Counted from the stretch's first letter, positions 46,312 through 56,474 are shown. The stretch is 64,000 nt of DNA from Myxococcales bacterium (GCA_045863395.1 BTVJ01000016.1:1-64000), one strand, 5' to 3'. Numbers and translations are program-made. The notes: generated by a model not told the origin, from the letters alone.

Positions 46312-46889
46312 TAATACAGCTTCGGCTCGTTACCCGGGCGCCACTTGATGTTGCACCCCAAGGAGGCGCGCTGCACCTCCAAGGGCGGCTCCCCTGCCAG
46401 GCAAGCGTCGATGGCTCGGGCAAGGTCCGCGCCCGTGACGGGGACCCCGTTGCTGGGGCGGGAGTCGTCGAGCTGGCCCCGGTAGACCAGGCGACGGCCC
46501 TGATCGAAGAGGAAGAAGTCCGGGGTGCAGGCGGCGTGGTAGGCGTGGGCCACGTCCTGGGTGTCATCGAAGAGGTACGGGAAGCGCCAGCCCTCCGCGC
46601 GCGCAAGCTCCGCCATGTGCTCCGGGCCGTCCTGGGGGTGTGTCTCGACGCTGTTCGCGTTGATGGCGACCACGGCGAGGCCGCGGTCCATGCGGTCATG
46701 GACCAGGCGCGCCAGGGTCTCGCGCACGTGGATCACGTACGGGCAGTGGTTGCAGATGAACATCACCAGCAGGGCCGGCGCGTCCATGAAGTCCGCCAGG
46801 GAGACCGTGCGGCCGGTGACCGTGTCGCGCAAGGTGAAGTCGGGCGCCGGAGTGCCGAGCGGGAGCATCGTCGATGGGGTGCGGGCCAT
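46311..46889 (-). CDS. Thioredoxin/AhpC-TSA family redoxin
   Basis: MARTPSTMLPLGTPAPDF, FICNHCPYV, YHAACTPDFFLFD, YRGQLDDSRP, SLGCNIKW. Confidence 0.93.
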   Translation of the reverse strand: MARTPSTMLPLGTPAPDFTLRDTVTGRTVSLADFMDAPALLVMFICNHCPYVIHVRETLARLVHDRMDRGLAVVAINANSVETHPQDGPEHMAELARAEGWRFPYLFDDTQDVAHAYHAACTPDFFLFDQGRRLVYRGQLDDSRPSNGVPVTGADLARAIDACLAGEPPLEVQRASLGCNIKWRPGNEPKLY

Positions 46890-47075
46890 GGGGTCCTCCA
46901 AGTCATGGTCAAGGAGCGCCGTCGCGGCGCTGGCGGGCTCGCCGACGTTACACTGGGGCGCACCCCCGCCGCTTGCCTTGCCCGCCGGTTCCCTTGCACG
47001 GCGGACCATACCACACGTTCGGGACCCCGCCAGCCCCCGGACGGCTCGCGACGCTCTCGGCCCACCGCGCAGGCG

Positions 47076-47936
47076 TCACCCCAGCACCCGCGGCCCCTTG
47101 AGGCGCCCCGCCACGTACCCGACCCTCTGGAGGGTGCGCACCAGCGGCGAGCATACGAGCGATGCGCCGTCGCGCGACAGCAGGCAGGCGGGCACGTCGC
47201 GAGCGACGTCCCGGACCACCCCCGCCAGCGTGCGCCCCACGCGGAGGGGGCGCTCTCCGGGCGGGAAGATGGCGGCGTCGGCCCGGCCCTCCTCGAAGAA
47301 GCGCTTCCAGGTCTCGCGCAGCGTGTAGTTGTGCGAGTGCTCCGCTGCGGCCCCAGGGACGTACCTGATGCGCAAGCCCCGCTGCTCGGCGTCCCGCGCC
47401 CACTCGAGGTCCTCGGAGTACTGGACCGCCTCGCTGAACGGGCGCTCCAACAGCACCGAGCGCCTGAACGCGCTCGCCGCCATGCTGAAGAAGGGGCGCC
47501 ACGGCGGAGGCTCCGCTCCAAAGGCTTGGGCGTAGTCGATGCGCACCAGCGTCGTCGCGTCGGCGCGAGGCACCTGCCGCCCGTAGACGGCGTCCGCCTC
47601 CCCCCCGCGCAGTGGCTCCGTCAGATCGGCGAGCCACCGCTGCCCGAGGGGCACGGTGTCGCTGTTGAGCATCACCAGCACGTCCGCCCGCGCCTCACGC
47701 ACACCCCAGTTCAGGACGCGCCCCGGGTTGTAACCACCCTCCGGGACGTCCAGGACCCGCGCACCCCGCTCCTCGAGCAGCTCCCGCGTCCCGTCCGTCG
47801 ATGCGTTGTCCAGGGCGATGAGGTCCCACGTGAGTCCCCGCTGGGCAGCGAGCCCGTCCAGGGTTCGCCGGATGATCGGCATGTCGTTGCGCGCGCGCAT
47901 CACGACCGTAGCCTGGACCTCAGAAGCCCGCTTCAT
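47076..47936 (-). CDS. GT2 glycosyltransferase (rhamnosyltransferase-like)
   Basis: DNASTDGT, LN.G, NSD, YGRQ.PR, SEDLEW, HSHNYT. Confidence 0.88.
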   Translation of the reverse strand: MKRASEVQATVVMRARNDMPIIRRTLDGLAAQRGLTWDLIALDNASTDGTRELLEERGARVLDVPEGGYNPGRVLNWGVREARADVLVMLNSDTVPLGQRWLADLTEPLRGGEADAVYGRQVPRADATTLVRIDYAQAFGAEPPPWRPFFSMAASAFRRSVLLERPFSEAVQYSEDLEWARDAEQRGLRIRYVPGAAAEHSHNYTLRETWKRFFEEGRADAAIFPPGERPLRVGRTLAGVVRDVARDVPACLLSRDGASLVCSPLVRTLQRVGYVAGRLKGPRVLG

Positions 47937-48008
47937 GCCTTGTCGCCTCCCTTCGAGGAGTCTACCATCCACACTCGCGCCGAGAGATGGTGGCGCAGAG
48001 GGTGGCCT

Positions 48009-49205
48009 GTGCGGATCCTGTTCGTCAACCGGTCGGCGCGCTTCCAGGGCGGAATCGAGGCGGACGTGCACGTCGCCGCCGGAGGCCTCGCTGCGCGCGG
48101 TCACGAGTGCCACCTCCTCGCCTTCGACGCCGACGTGGACCCGACGTACACCGCGCCCTTCGCCTCCGCGCACATCGCCCCGTCCGACGAGGCCCGCGCC
48201 CTGGCGGCGCGGGTGGACGCCGTGGCGCCCTCACTGGTCTACCTGCACAAGGTCGAGGATGCGTCGGTCCTCGGGCTCCACGCCCTGATGGCCTCTCCGC
48301 GCCGCGTCCCGGTCGTCCGCTTCGTACACGACCACGATCTTCATTGCATGAGGCGGCACCGCTACCTGCCCATCACCTTGGACGTGTGCACCCGCCCCGC
48401 CGACCTGCTCGGCTGCCTCCGCTGCGGCGGCTTCTTCGAGCGGAGCCGCGAGGGCCTCCTCCCGCTCCGGTGGCGCCCCGTCACTGCGCGCCTGAAAGAC
48501 CTGGCCGCGACGCGCGCCCTCACGCGCGTGCTGGTCGCGAGCCGCTTCATGGCCGAGGAGCTGCGCAGAAACGACGTGCCCGAGCACCTGGTGCGCGTGG
48601 TCCCGCTCGGCGTCCCCGACGCCCCCGTCCCTCCACCTGCGACATCCCGGGGGCGCGTCGCCTTCGTCGGCCAGCTCCTGCGCACCAAGGGCGTGGACCA
48701 GCTCCTGCGCGCGCTGGCGGAGACCCCGTCGGAGACGACCCTGGACGTCGTCGGTGACGGCGCCCAGCAAGGAGAGCTCCGAGAGCTGGCGGAGCGGCTC
48801 GGCGTCGGCGGCCGCGTCGCCTGGCACGGCCGCCTCGACGCGGCCCAGGTCGCCCGGGTCCTCGCGTCAGCCGCCATCGTCGCGTTCCCCTCCCGCTGGC
48901 CGGAGCCCTTCGGCCTCGTCGGCCTGGAGGCCATGCGCGCGAGCCGCCCCGTGGTCGCCTTCGACGTCGGCGGAGTGCGCGAGTGGCTGGAGCATGGCCG
49001 GACGGGCCTCGTCGTCCCCGCGGGCGACGCCCTCGGCTTCGCGCGGGCCCTCCGCCGCCTGGTCCGGGATCCGGCTGGAGCGCACGCCATGGGGAACCTG
49101 GGCCGCGCGTCCTACGAGCGCACGTTCCACGTCGACCGGTATCTCGACCGACTGGAGCGCCACCTCGTCGAGGCGACCTTGGGCTCCGAGGATGGACCCG
49201 CGTGA
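48009..49205 (+). CDS. GT4 glycosyltransferase with a four-Cys insertion
   Basis: RILFVN...GGIE, HDHDLHC...C...CLRC, FVGQL..KG, PSRWPEPFGLVGLEAM, DVGG..E. Confidence 0.9.
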   Translation: MRILFVNRSARFQGGIEADVHVAAGGLAARGHECHLLAFDADVDPTYTAPFASAHIAPSDEARALAARVDAVAPSLVYLHKVEDASVLGLHALMASPRRVPVVRFVHDHDLHCMRRHRYLPITLDVCTRPADLLGCLRCGGFFERSREGLLPLRWRPVTARLKDLAATRALTRVLVASRFMAEELRRNDVPEHLVRVVPLGVPDAPVPPPATSRGRVAFVGQLLRTKGVDQLLRALAETPSETTLDVVGDGAQQGELRELAERLGVGGRVAWHGRLDAAQVARVLASAAIVAFPSRWPEPFGLVGLEAMRASRPVVAFDVGGVREWLEHGRTGLVVPAGDALGFARALRRLVRDPAGAHAMGNLGRASYERTFHVDRYLDRLERHLVEATLGSEDGPA

Positions 49206-50344
49206 AGATCGCCACCACCGCCTTCGCCACGGACGCCGGGCGCTCGGGCCTGTCCGTGTACCTGCGGGAGCTCACCTCGGCCCTGCTCCACGAGCCCCAG
49301 GTCGAGCGAATCACCGTGTACGGCCCACCCGGCATCGACGCTCACCTCCCCGCCGGTCCCGGGGACCTGCGGGTGGTGGAGCTCCCATCGCTCCTGGACC
49401 GCCGCGCCGCCAACGTGCTCTGGCACCAGACGGGCCTCCTCGCCCGCCTCCTGCGCGACCGCCCTGACGTGGTGCACTTCCCCGTCGCCAACCGCAGGGC
49501 CGCCATCGTGCCGGCCATCCCCACGGTCGGGACGGTCCACGACCTGGGGGACCTGGCGGTCGCCAACAAGTACGGGTGGGGCCGGGAGCTCTACCTGACC
49601 CACGTGGTGCCGCGCGTGCTCCGCGGCCTCGACCGCCTCATCGCCATCAGCGGCAGCACCCGGGACGACCTGAGAGCGACCCTGCGGACGTGCCCGCCCA
49701 TCGACGTGGTGCACAACGGCATCGACCACGGGCGGTTCCGCGTCGTGCCCCAGGCCGAGGCGTGGCACCGGCTTCGAACAACCCTTGACCTGCCTGCTCC
49801 CTATGTGTTCTATGCTGCCCGCCTGGAGCACCCGGCGAAGAACCACGCGCGCCTGATCCGAGCGTTCGTCGCGGCCCGCGGCCGCGGCGTCCCCCATCGC
49901 CTGGTCCTGGCCGGCGCCGAGTGGCCGGGGGCCGGCCCGGTGCTGGAGCTGATGGAGCGGCACCGGGAGCATGTCGTGTGGCTCGGGTTCGTAGAGGCGG
50001 CGCAGCTCCCGCTGCTGTATGCAGGGGCGGACATGACCGTGTTCCCTTCACTCTACGAGGGCTTCGGTCTGCCGGTCCTCGAGTCAATGGCCTGCGGGAC
50101 GCCAGTGCTTGCGTCCAACGCCTCGTCCATCCCCGAGGTGGCGGGTGGTGCCGCGGCCCTCGTGGACGCGACCGACGAGGTGGCCCTCACCGACGCCCTT
50201 GTCGCGCTGCTCGGCGACGAGCGGAGGCGCGCGACGCTGAGGGCGTTGGGCCTGGAGCGCGCCGCGGCCCATAGCTGGCAGGCGACGGCCCGCTTGACGC
50301 TGGCGAGCTTCGAGGCTGCCAGGAGGGAGTCCCAGAGACCTTGA
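49202..50344 (+). CDS. GT4 glycosyltransferase
   Basis: TVHDL, AISGST..DL, KNH.RLI.AF, FPSLYEGFGLPVLESMACGTPV. Confidence 0.93.
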   Translation: MKIATTAFATDAGRSGLSVYLRELTSALLHEPQVERITVYGPPGIDAHLPAGPGDLRVVELPSLLDRRAANVLWHQTGLLARLLRDRPDVVHFPVANRRAAIVPAIPTVGTVHDLGDLAVANKYGWGRELYLTHVVPRVLRGLDRLIAISGSTRDDLRATLRTCPPIDVVHNGIDHGRFRVVPQAEAWHRLRTTLDLPAPYVFYAARLEHPAKNHARLIRAFVAARGRGVPHRLVLAGAEWPGAGPVLELMERHREHVVWLGFVEAAQLPLLYAGADMTVFPSLYEGFGLPVLESMACGTPVLASNASSIPEVAGGAAALVDATDEVALTDALVALLGDERRRATLRALGLERAAAHSWQATARLTLASFEAARRESQRP

Positions 50345-52359
50345 AGCTGCCGTGGACCGACATGCCGCCGCCGGCGCAGCCCACGATGCGGCTCCCGGAC
50401 GCGCCCCCCGACGAGGACCGCCAGAAGCTGGACGTCGGCCGCGTCGCCCGGGGCATCGTCATGCGGGGGCGCCTGATCCTCGCGGTCGCAGGTGCGTCCT
50501 TCGTGCTGCTCGGCACCGCGGTCTTCCTGGCTACGGCGGGAACCTACCAGGCCGAGTCGCGCATGCTCACCCGGTCGGCCCGCGAGGTGCTCGCGGGGAC
50601 GCCGCTCGCATCGGGCAGCCTCCCCGACGCCAACCCCGACGCCATGGAGGAGACCGTCGCCGTGCGCCCGGTGCTGGAGCGCGCGGCCGCGGCCCTGGGC
50701 GACATCACCCCGGAGGAGCTGAGGGACATCATCTACGTCGACGCGGTCCCCCGGTCCCGCATCGTGCTGATCGGCGCCACGTCAAGGGACCCGGCCCGCG
50801 CCGCGTCCATCGCCAACGCCACGGCGCACGCCTTCCTCGACTTCCAGACCGAGCGCTTCCGCGAAGAGGTGGTCAACGCGGAGACACTGCTCAAGTCCCG
50901 CGCCGCCGACGCCCGCGACCGCCTGACCCGCAACCAGGACGAGCTGGCCGTCTTCGCGGCCTCGAAGGGCCTCTTCGACCCGGACACGGAGATCAGCTCC
51001 CTGCTGGCCGAGACGACCGCCACGGAGACGCAGATCCGGGCCGCGAGGACTGCCCTCGAGACCGCGCGGAGCCGCCTCGACTACGTGAAGGGCAAGCGCG
51101 CCAGCGAGGCGTCGACCGTGACCACCACGACCACTGCGCCGCCGGCCCGCGCGCAGATCGCCGAGCTGGAGGTGAAGCGCCGCGCCCTGCTCGCCCGGTA
51201 CACGCCAGAGCACCCGCAGCTCCAGGAGCTGGACGCGCAGGTGGCGGTGCTCGAGGCCGAGGAGAGGTCCAACCGCCGCCCGTCGGTGCAGAGCACGACC
51301 CAGGAGCCGAACCCCATCTACCAGCAGCTCTACCTCACCGAGGTGCAGACCGAGATCGAGGTCCGGTCGTCGGAGGCGCAGCTCGCCGCCCTGGAGCGGA
51401 CCCGCGACGAGCTGTCCGAGCGCGCGCGCAAGCTGCCTACCCTGCGGGCGGACCTGACCCAGCTCACCATCGAGCGGCGGGCCGCGGAGACCACCCTGGA
51501 CGACACCATGCTCGGGCTGGCGCGCGTGCAGGAGCTTCGCGGCGCGCAGACCCCGCTCTACGAGATCATCGAGGAGGCGCAGACCCCCGTGTCACCCCAG
51601 CGTGGCCGCACGCTGCTCGGCGTCGTCATCGTCGCCGCCCTGTCGCTGATCGGCGGGTTCGCGGTCGCCCTGATCGCCGAGGTGCGCGACGACCGGATCC
51701 GCGAGGTCATCGAGCTCGAGGACCTGGGCACGGCCGTGCTCGGCGCCATCCCCCCCGCCGGGCGCGGGGCCGTGGGGCACGAGGAGGCGCTGAGGCAGCT
51801 CGCCTTCTCCGTGCGACGCCTGTGCGTGGAGGGTGACCGGCGCTGCGTCCTCGTGACCAGCGCCACCGAGGGGGAGCACAAGACCGCAGTCGCGCGCGGC
51901 GTGGCCGAGGCGCTGACCGGCTGGCTGCGCCCCGTGGTGCGCATCGACGCCAACCTGCGGGACCCGGACGCGCCGCCGGGCGGGCTCGACGCCTGGCTCC
52001 GCGGGGACCTGGAGCACGCGCCGGTGGGCCGCGGGGGCGCGGGGCTCGGGGTCATCCTCGGGGGTCACGCAGGCAACCAGGCCCCGGCCCTGCTGTCCGA
52101 CCCGCGCATGGACGAGCTGCTCTCCTCAGTGCGGGAAGCGTTCCGCGTCGGCATCATCGACGGGCCTGCGCTGCTGCCGTCGGTGGACGCGGAGATCCTT
52201 GCCGAGAAGGCAGACGCGGTGCTCCTCGTGGTCCGCGCCTTCCACACCCCGCGCCCCCAGGTGACCGCCGCACTGGCGCGGCTGCGCTCGGGCGGCTCCG
52301 TGGTCCTCGGCGCCGTGCTGACCGACTCCCGGGCGGGCGCCCGCAAGGAGGTCGCATGA
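50341..52359 (+). CDS. wzc: Wzc/GumC-like polysaccharide co-polymerase with degenerate tyrosine-kinase domain
   Basis: Two TM helices around a coiled coil with YT.EHP; VTSATEGEHKT, IDANLR, IIDGP; no C-terminal Tyr cluster. Confidence 0.85.
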   Translation: MKLPWTDMPPPAQPTMRLPDAPPDEDRQKLDVGRVARGIVMRGRLILAVAGASFVLLGTAVFLATAGTYQAESRMLTRSAREVLAGTPLASGSLPDANPDAMEETVAVRPVLERAAAALGDITPEELRDIIYVDAVPRSRIVLIGATSRDPARAASIANATAHAFLDFQTERFREEVVNAETLLKSRAADARDRLTRNQDELAVFAASKGLFDPDTEISSLLAETTATETQIRAARTALETARSRLDYVKGKRASEASTVTTTTTAPPARAQIAELEVKRRALLARYTPEHPQLQELDAQVAVLEAEERSNRRPSVQSTTQEPNPIYQQLYLTEVQTEIEVRSSEAQLAALERTRDELSERARKLPTLRADLTQLTIERRAAETTLDDTMLGLARVQELRGAQTPLYEIIEEAQTPVSPQRGRTLLGVVIVAALSLIGGFAVALIAEVRDDRIREVIELEDLGTAVLGAIPPAGRGAVGHEEALRQLAFSVRRLCVEGDRRCVLVTSATEGEHKTAVARGVAEALTGWLRPVVRIDANLRDPDAPPGGLDAWLRGDLEHAPVGRGGAGLGVILGGHAGNQAPALLSDPRMDELLSSVREAFRVGIIDGPALLPSVDAEILAEKADAVLLVVRAFHTPRPQVTAALARLRSGGSVVLGAVLTDSRAGARKEVA

Positions 52360-53372
52360 GGCGCTCCCCGCTGCTGCTGCTCGTCGCACTGGCCGCGTGC
52401 GGCCGTTCGTTCACGGAGGCCGACCAGACCGTCGAGGAGGCCAACCTGCGCTTCGAGCAGGCCATGAACGTGCCGCCGCCCGACCTGGCGCCACTGCGCA
52501 CGCCCGACGCCGCCGAGTACCGCATCGGCGCCGGCGACCGCCTGGAGCTGGAGGTCCCGAGCGCCCCGGAGCTCAACCGGGCGGGCCTCCTCGTGCGCCC
52601 CGACGGCCGGATCACGCTGCCGCTGGTCGGCGACGCCAAGGTGAGCGGCTTGACGCCCGCGCAGGCGTCCGCGGTCGTCTCGCAGGAGATGGCGCGCTAC
52701 CTGCGACGGAGCGCCGTGGTCATCGGCATCGGGGAGGCGCAGGGGGCGCGCCTGCTCGTCCTCGGGGCCGCCGCCAACCCGGGCGCCTTCCCCCTGCGGG
52801 GCCCCACCACGCTGCTGGAGGCAGTCGCCGAAGCCGGGGGTATCGCGGGGACCCCCACGGGGGGGCCGGCCGCCGACCTGCAGCGCTCCTACCTGCTGCG
52901 GGAGGGGCGCATCGTTCCGGTGCGCATCGACCGCCTGCTGGCCGGCGACATGAACCAGAACATCTACGTGCGCGGCGGGGACATGCTCTACCTCCAGCCC
53001 GCGGCGACGGGCGAGGTCTTCGTGCTCGGGCAGGTGCAGAGCCCCCAGGTGGTCCCCGCCGACTCCAGCCTCACGCTGCTCAAGGCCCTCACCCTGGCCG
53101 GGGGCGTGACCCGGGACGCCAAGGACAGCGCGGTGCGCATCATCCGGGGCTCGCTGCTGGAGCCGCAGATCTACCTCGTCGACTCGCAGGACATCACCGC
53201 CGGCCTCCGCCGCGACGTGCGGCTCATGCCTGGGGACATCGTGTTCGTGACCACCACCGAGCTGTCCGACTGGAACTACCTGCTCGGGCAGATCACCCCG
53301 ACCCTCCAGTCGGCGTTGTCGGCCCGGTATCTCATCGAGGGCCCGAACGGGCTGATCTTCGAGGGCAACTGA
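52356..53372 (+). CDS. wza: Wza/OPX polysaccharide export lipoprotein
   Basis: Lipobox LAAC; YRIGAGD.L, VRPDGRITLPLVG; SLBB repeats; C-terminal WNYLLGQITPT helix. Confidence 0.92.
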   Translation: MRRSPLLLLVALAACGRSFTEADQTVEEANLRFEQAMNVPPPDLAPLRTPDAAEYRIGAGDRLELEVPSAPELNRAGLLVRPDGRITLPLVGDAKVSGLTPAQASAVVSQEMARYLRRSAVVIGIGEAQGARLLVLGAAANPGAFPLRGPTTLLEAVAEAGGIAGTPTGGPAADLQRSYLLREGRIVPVRIDRLLAGDMNQNIYVRGGDMLYLQPAATGEVFVLGQVQSPQVVPADSSLTLLKALTLAGGVTRDAKDSAVRIIRGSLLEPQIYLVDSQDITAGLRRDVRLMPGDIVFVTTTELSDWNYLLGQITPTLQSALSARYLIEGPNGLIFEGN

Positions 53373-53373
53373 G

Positions 53374-54437
53374 TGGAGCGCTTCACCGCCCTGGGGGGCC
53401 CGGCGGTCGAGGCGCGCATCGCCAGCGACCTGGACGTGTGCATCCGAGGCATCCGCGACGCCCTGCGGCCCCTCCCCATCCGCGGCGTCGTGATCGGGGG
53501 CGGCCTCGGGCGTGGTGAGGGCGGGATCCGCAGGGAAGGCGGGGAGGAGCTCCCCTACAACGACTACGACCTGTTCGTCGTCGTGGACGCCCCGTCCCTG
53601 CTCCTCTCCATGGTGCGCCCTCGCGTCAACCGCCTTGCCGCCGCGCTGACCACCTCGCTGAACGTCGAGGTGGAGATCGGCGTACTGCGCCCCACCGATC
53701 TCGCGGCCGCGCCGCCCACGCTCATGATGACGGATCTGCGCGCGGGCCACCGGGTGCTCGTCGGGCCGCCGGACCTGCTCTCCGCCATGCCCGCCGGGCG
53801 GCCGCTCGCGCCGGTGGAGGCGTCGCGCCTGCTCCTCAACCGCGGCGCGCTGCTGGTCATGGCGCGCCAGCTCGTCGACGGCGGCCCCCTCGGACCTCAA
53901 GAATGGGAGCGCGTCGCCCGATACGTCCGCAAGTCCGTGCTGGCGCGGGGAGACTCCTGGCTCATGCTGCGTGGCCGCTACCTGACCGGCGCGCAGGCGT
54001 GCGCCGAGCGCCTGGCTGCGGAGGGTCCGCCGGACCTCGCCGACGCCTATGGTCGCGCAGTGCGGGAGCGGCTGGGTGGGATCGAGGCTCCGGGAGACCC
54101 CGGCGAGAGCCTCCGTGCGGAGGCGGAGGCGCTGGTCGGTGCCTTCGGGGCAGCCGAGTCGGCCCGCCTCGGCGGCTCATGGCCGCCCTTCAGGACCTAT
54201 GGCCGGACCGTGCTGGCCGCGGAGGGCGCGAGCCCCGCGCGGGAGCGCCTGCGGGTCGCGCGCCATGCGGGCCCCGGGGCCCTGGTCGGAGGGCGCCCGT
54301 GGGCCCGCTGCGCCGCACTGCTTCCGTGGGTCCTGGCGGGCGAGGCGACGGGAATTGCGCCGGGCTGCGCGCTGGGACCCGCACGAACGCAGGGCGACGC
54401 GGTCCGCTGGCTCGCCCTCTGGCGCGCCAGCGCGTAG
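53374..54437 (+). CDS. Nucleotidyltransferase-fold hypothetical protein
   Basis: VVIGGGLGRGEGG...PYNDYDLFVV resembles the hG[GS]..R..DhDh Pol-beta NTase signature; GTG start just after the wza stop (ORF track gives 53373). Confidence 0.7.
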
Positions 54438-54463
54438 AGTCAGGACGACCAGGAGCGCTCAGG

Positions 54464-55645
54464 ATGCCGGAGACCCTGCACATCAACGTGTTCGTGGACG
54501 CGCTGGGGTGGCGCATCGCCGCCCCGCGCAACCTGTTGCCCGAGCTGGACGCGGTGCGCCAGCCCGTGCGCACGGTGCTGGGCTACTCATCCGCGGCCGT
54601 GCCGACCATCCTCACCGGGGTCCTGCCCCGGGTGCACGGCCAGTGGTCCTTCTACTTGTGGGGCCCCGAGGCGTCTCCTTTCCGCTGGCTCCGCCCCCTG
54701 TCGGTGCTCCCCCACCGGGTCGCCGCGCACCACCGCGTCCGGCGCCCCATCAGCGCCGTGGTCAAGCGCGCGCTGGGTTACACCGGCTACTTCAACCTCT
54801 ACGCGGCCCCCTTCAGCCGCGTGTGGCAATGGGACTGGTGCGAGAAGGAGGACCTGTTCGCCCCCGGCGGGGTCAATGGCCACGCGACGATCTTCGACGC
54901 GCTGGACGAGGCCGGCGTGCGCCACCACCGCTCCGACTGGCGCAGGCCCGAGGACGAGAACATCGCGGCAGCGATCACCGCGGCCAAGGACCCGCGCACC
55001 GGCTTCGTCTTCGTGTATCTGGCGGGCCTCGACGCCGTACTTCACAGGTACGGGCACCCGGGCGCCGACCGCCCGGAGGGCGCCGCCCGCTACGAGGACG
55101 CGGTCCGCCGCATCGTCGCCGCAGGCAAGGGCGCCCACGACGACGTGAGGGTGTGTGTGTTCAGCGACCACGGCATGGCCGAGGTGCACCGGGTGGCGGA
55201 CCTGCGACACGCCGTCGAGGCGACGGGCCTCCGGTACGGCACCGACTACGCGGCCATCTACGACTCCACCATGGTCCGCCTGTGGTACCTGCGGCCGGAG
55301 CACCGCCCCCGGTTGGAGCAGGCGCTGGCGGCGACGGGCGCGGGGCGGTTCCTGTCCGAGCACGACCTGGCGGCCTCGGGCGCCGACTTCCCGGGTCACC
55401 GTTACGGCGAGGGCATCTTCCTGTGTGATCCGGGCGTGCTCGTGGTGCCGAGCGACATGGGCCTCACCCCCATCGCCGGGATGCACGGGTACGGGGAGGA
55501 CGACCCGGACTCCGACGCCGTGCTCCTGAGCTCCCACCCGCCTGCGGCGCCCGTGCGCCGGATCGACGACCTGAACCGCATGATGCGCGCCCAGGTGGGC
55601 CTCCCGCCCGCCCCCGGGGCGACGCCTCTCGAGGAGGCCGCATGA
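54464..55645 (+). CDS. Alkaline phosphatase superfamily / nucleotide pyrophosphatase-phosphodiesterase
   Basis: VFVDALG, GYSS...PTILTG..P..HG, LDAVLH.YG, FSDHGM, GMHGY; no signal peptide. Confidence 0.87.
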   Translation: MPETLHINVFVDALGWRIAAPRNLLPELDAVRQPVRTVLGYSSAAVPTILTGVLPRVHGQWSFYLWGPEASPFRWLRPLSVLPHRVAAHHRVRRPISAVVKRALGYTGYFNLYAAPFSRVWQWDWCEKEDLFAPGGVNGHATIFDALDEAGVRHHRSDWRRPEDENIAAAITAAKDPRTGFVFVYLAGLDAVLHRYGHPGADRPEGAARYEDAVRRIVAAGKGAHDDVRVCVFSDHGMAEVHRVADLRHAVEATGLRYGTDYAAIYDSTMVRLWYLRPEHRPRLEQALAATGAGRFLSEHDLAASGADFPGHRYGEGIFLCDPGVLVVPSDMGLTPIAGMHGYGEDDPDSDAVLLSSHPPAAPVRRIDDLNRMMRAQVGLPPAPGATPLEEAA

Positions 55646-56472
55646 TCTCTCAGCCCGTCGCGCAGTATGCCGACTTTCCAGCGACCGACGGCCGTCCCGA
55701 GCCGGTCCTTGGCTCCCTGCGCCGGGTGGAGGTGCTCGGGGTGCCGGTGGACACCCTCTCCCGGGCCTCCTTCTGCGGGGCAGTGGAGGAGCTGATCGCC
55801 CGACCGGCGCCCTCCGTGCTCGCCCCCGTGAACGTGGACATCCTGAACCAGGCCGTCGGCAACGGGCGGCTGCGAGGCTTCCTCCGCCGCGCAGACGTCG
55901 TCTACGCGGACGGGGCCGGCGTGGTCCTCGGCGCCCGCCTGAGCGGCGGGAACCTCCCGGGCCGCCTGACGGCCGCCGACCTGATCCACGACCTGTGCGA
56001 GGCATGGCGGGACGGGCGCCACAGCATCTACTTCCTGGGCGGCGCCCCGGGGGTCGCCGAGAGGGCGGCCGACGCGCTTCGGGAGGCCCACCCTGGCGCC
56101 CGCATCGCCGGTACCTGGCCGGGCCACCTGTCACCGCAGGAGGAGCTGCGCGCATTGGCGGACATCGCGCACCGTCGCCCCGACGTGCTGTGCGTCGGCT
56201 TCGGGACCCCCATCCAGGAGGACTTCGTCGAGCGCCATGCCGAGGCCCTCGCGCACGTGCCTTTGATCTGGCCCGTGGGGGCCCTGACGACGTACATTGC
56301 TGGCGCCGTCCCGAGAGCACCGGCCTGGATGGGCGACGCGGGGCTCGAGTGGCTCTTCCGCCTGTCCCTGGAGCCGCGGCGGCTGTTCCGCCGCTACGTG
56401 ATCGGAAACCCGCTGTTCGTGGCGCGCGTGCTGGCCCAGGCCGTGGGGCGCGCGCGCAAGGAGAGGTCGTGA
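55642..56472 (+). CDS. WecB/TagA/CpsF (GT26) glycosyltransferase
   Basis: ADGAGVV, IYFLGG, VGFGTPIQE, RAPAWM...GLEWLFRL..EPRRLFRRY. Confidence 0.93.
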   Translation: MISQPVAQYADFPATDGRPEPVLGSLRRVEVLGVPVDTLSRASFCGAVEELIARPAPSVLAPVNVDILNQAVGNGRLRGFLRRADVVYADGAGVVLGARLSGGNLPGRLTAADLIHDLCEAWRDGRHSIYFLGGAPGVAERAADALREAHPGARIAGTWPGHLSPQEELRALADIAHRRPDVLCVGFGTPIQEDFVERHAEALAHVPLIWPVGALTTYIAGAVPRAPAWMGDAGLEWLFRLSLEPRRLFRRYVIGNPLFVARVLAQAVGRARKERS

Positions 56473-56474
56473 CC

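Noticed and set aside
46233..48008. N-terminal extension of the 990-aa ORF 46233-49205
   Set aside because: It is antisense to the redoxin and GT2 genes; the real GT4 starts at GTG 48009.
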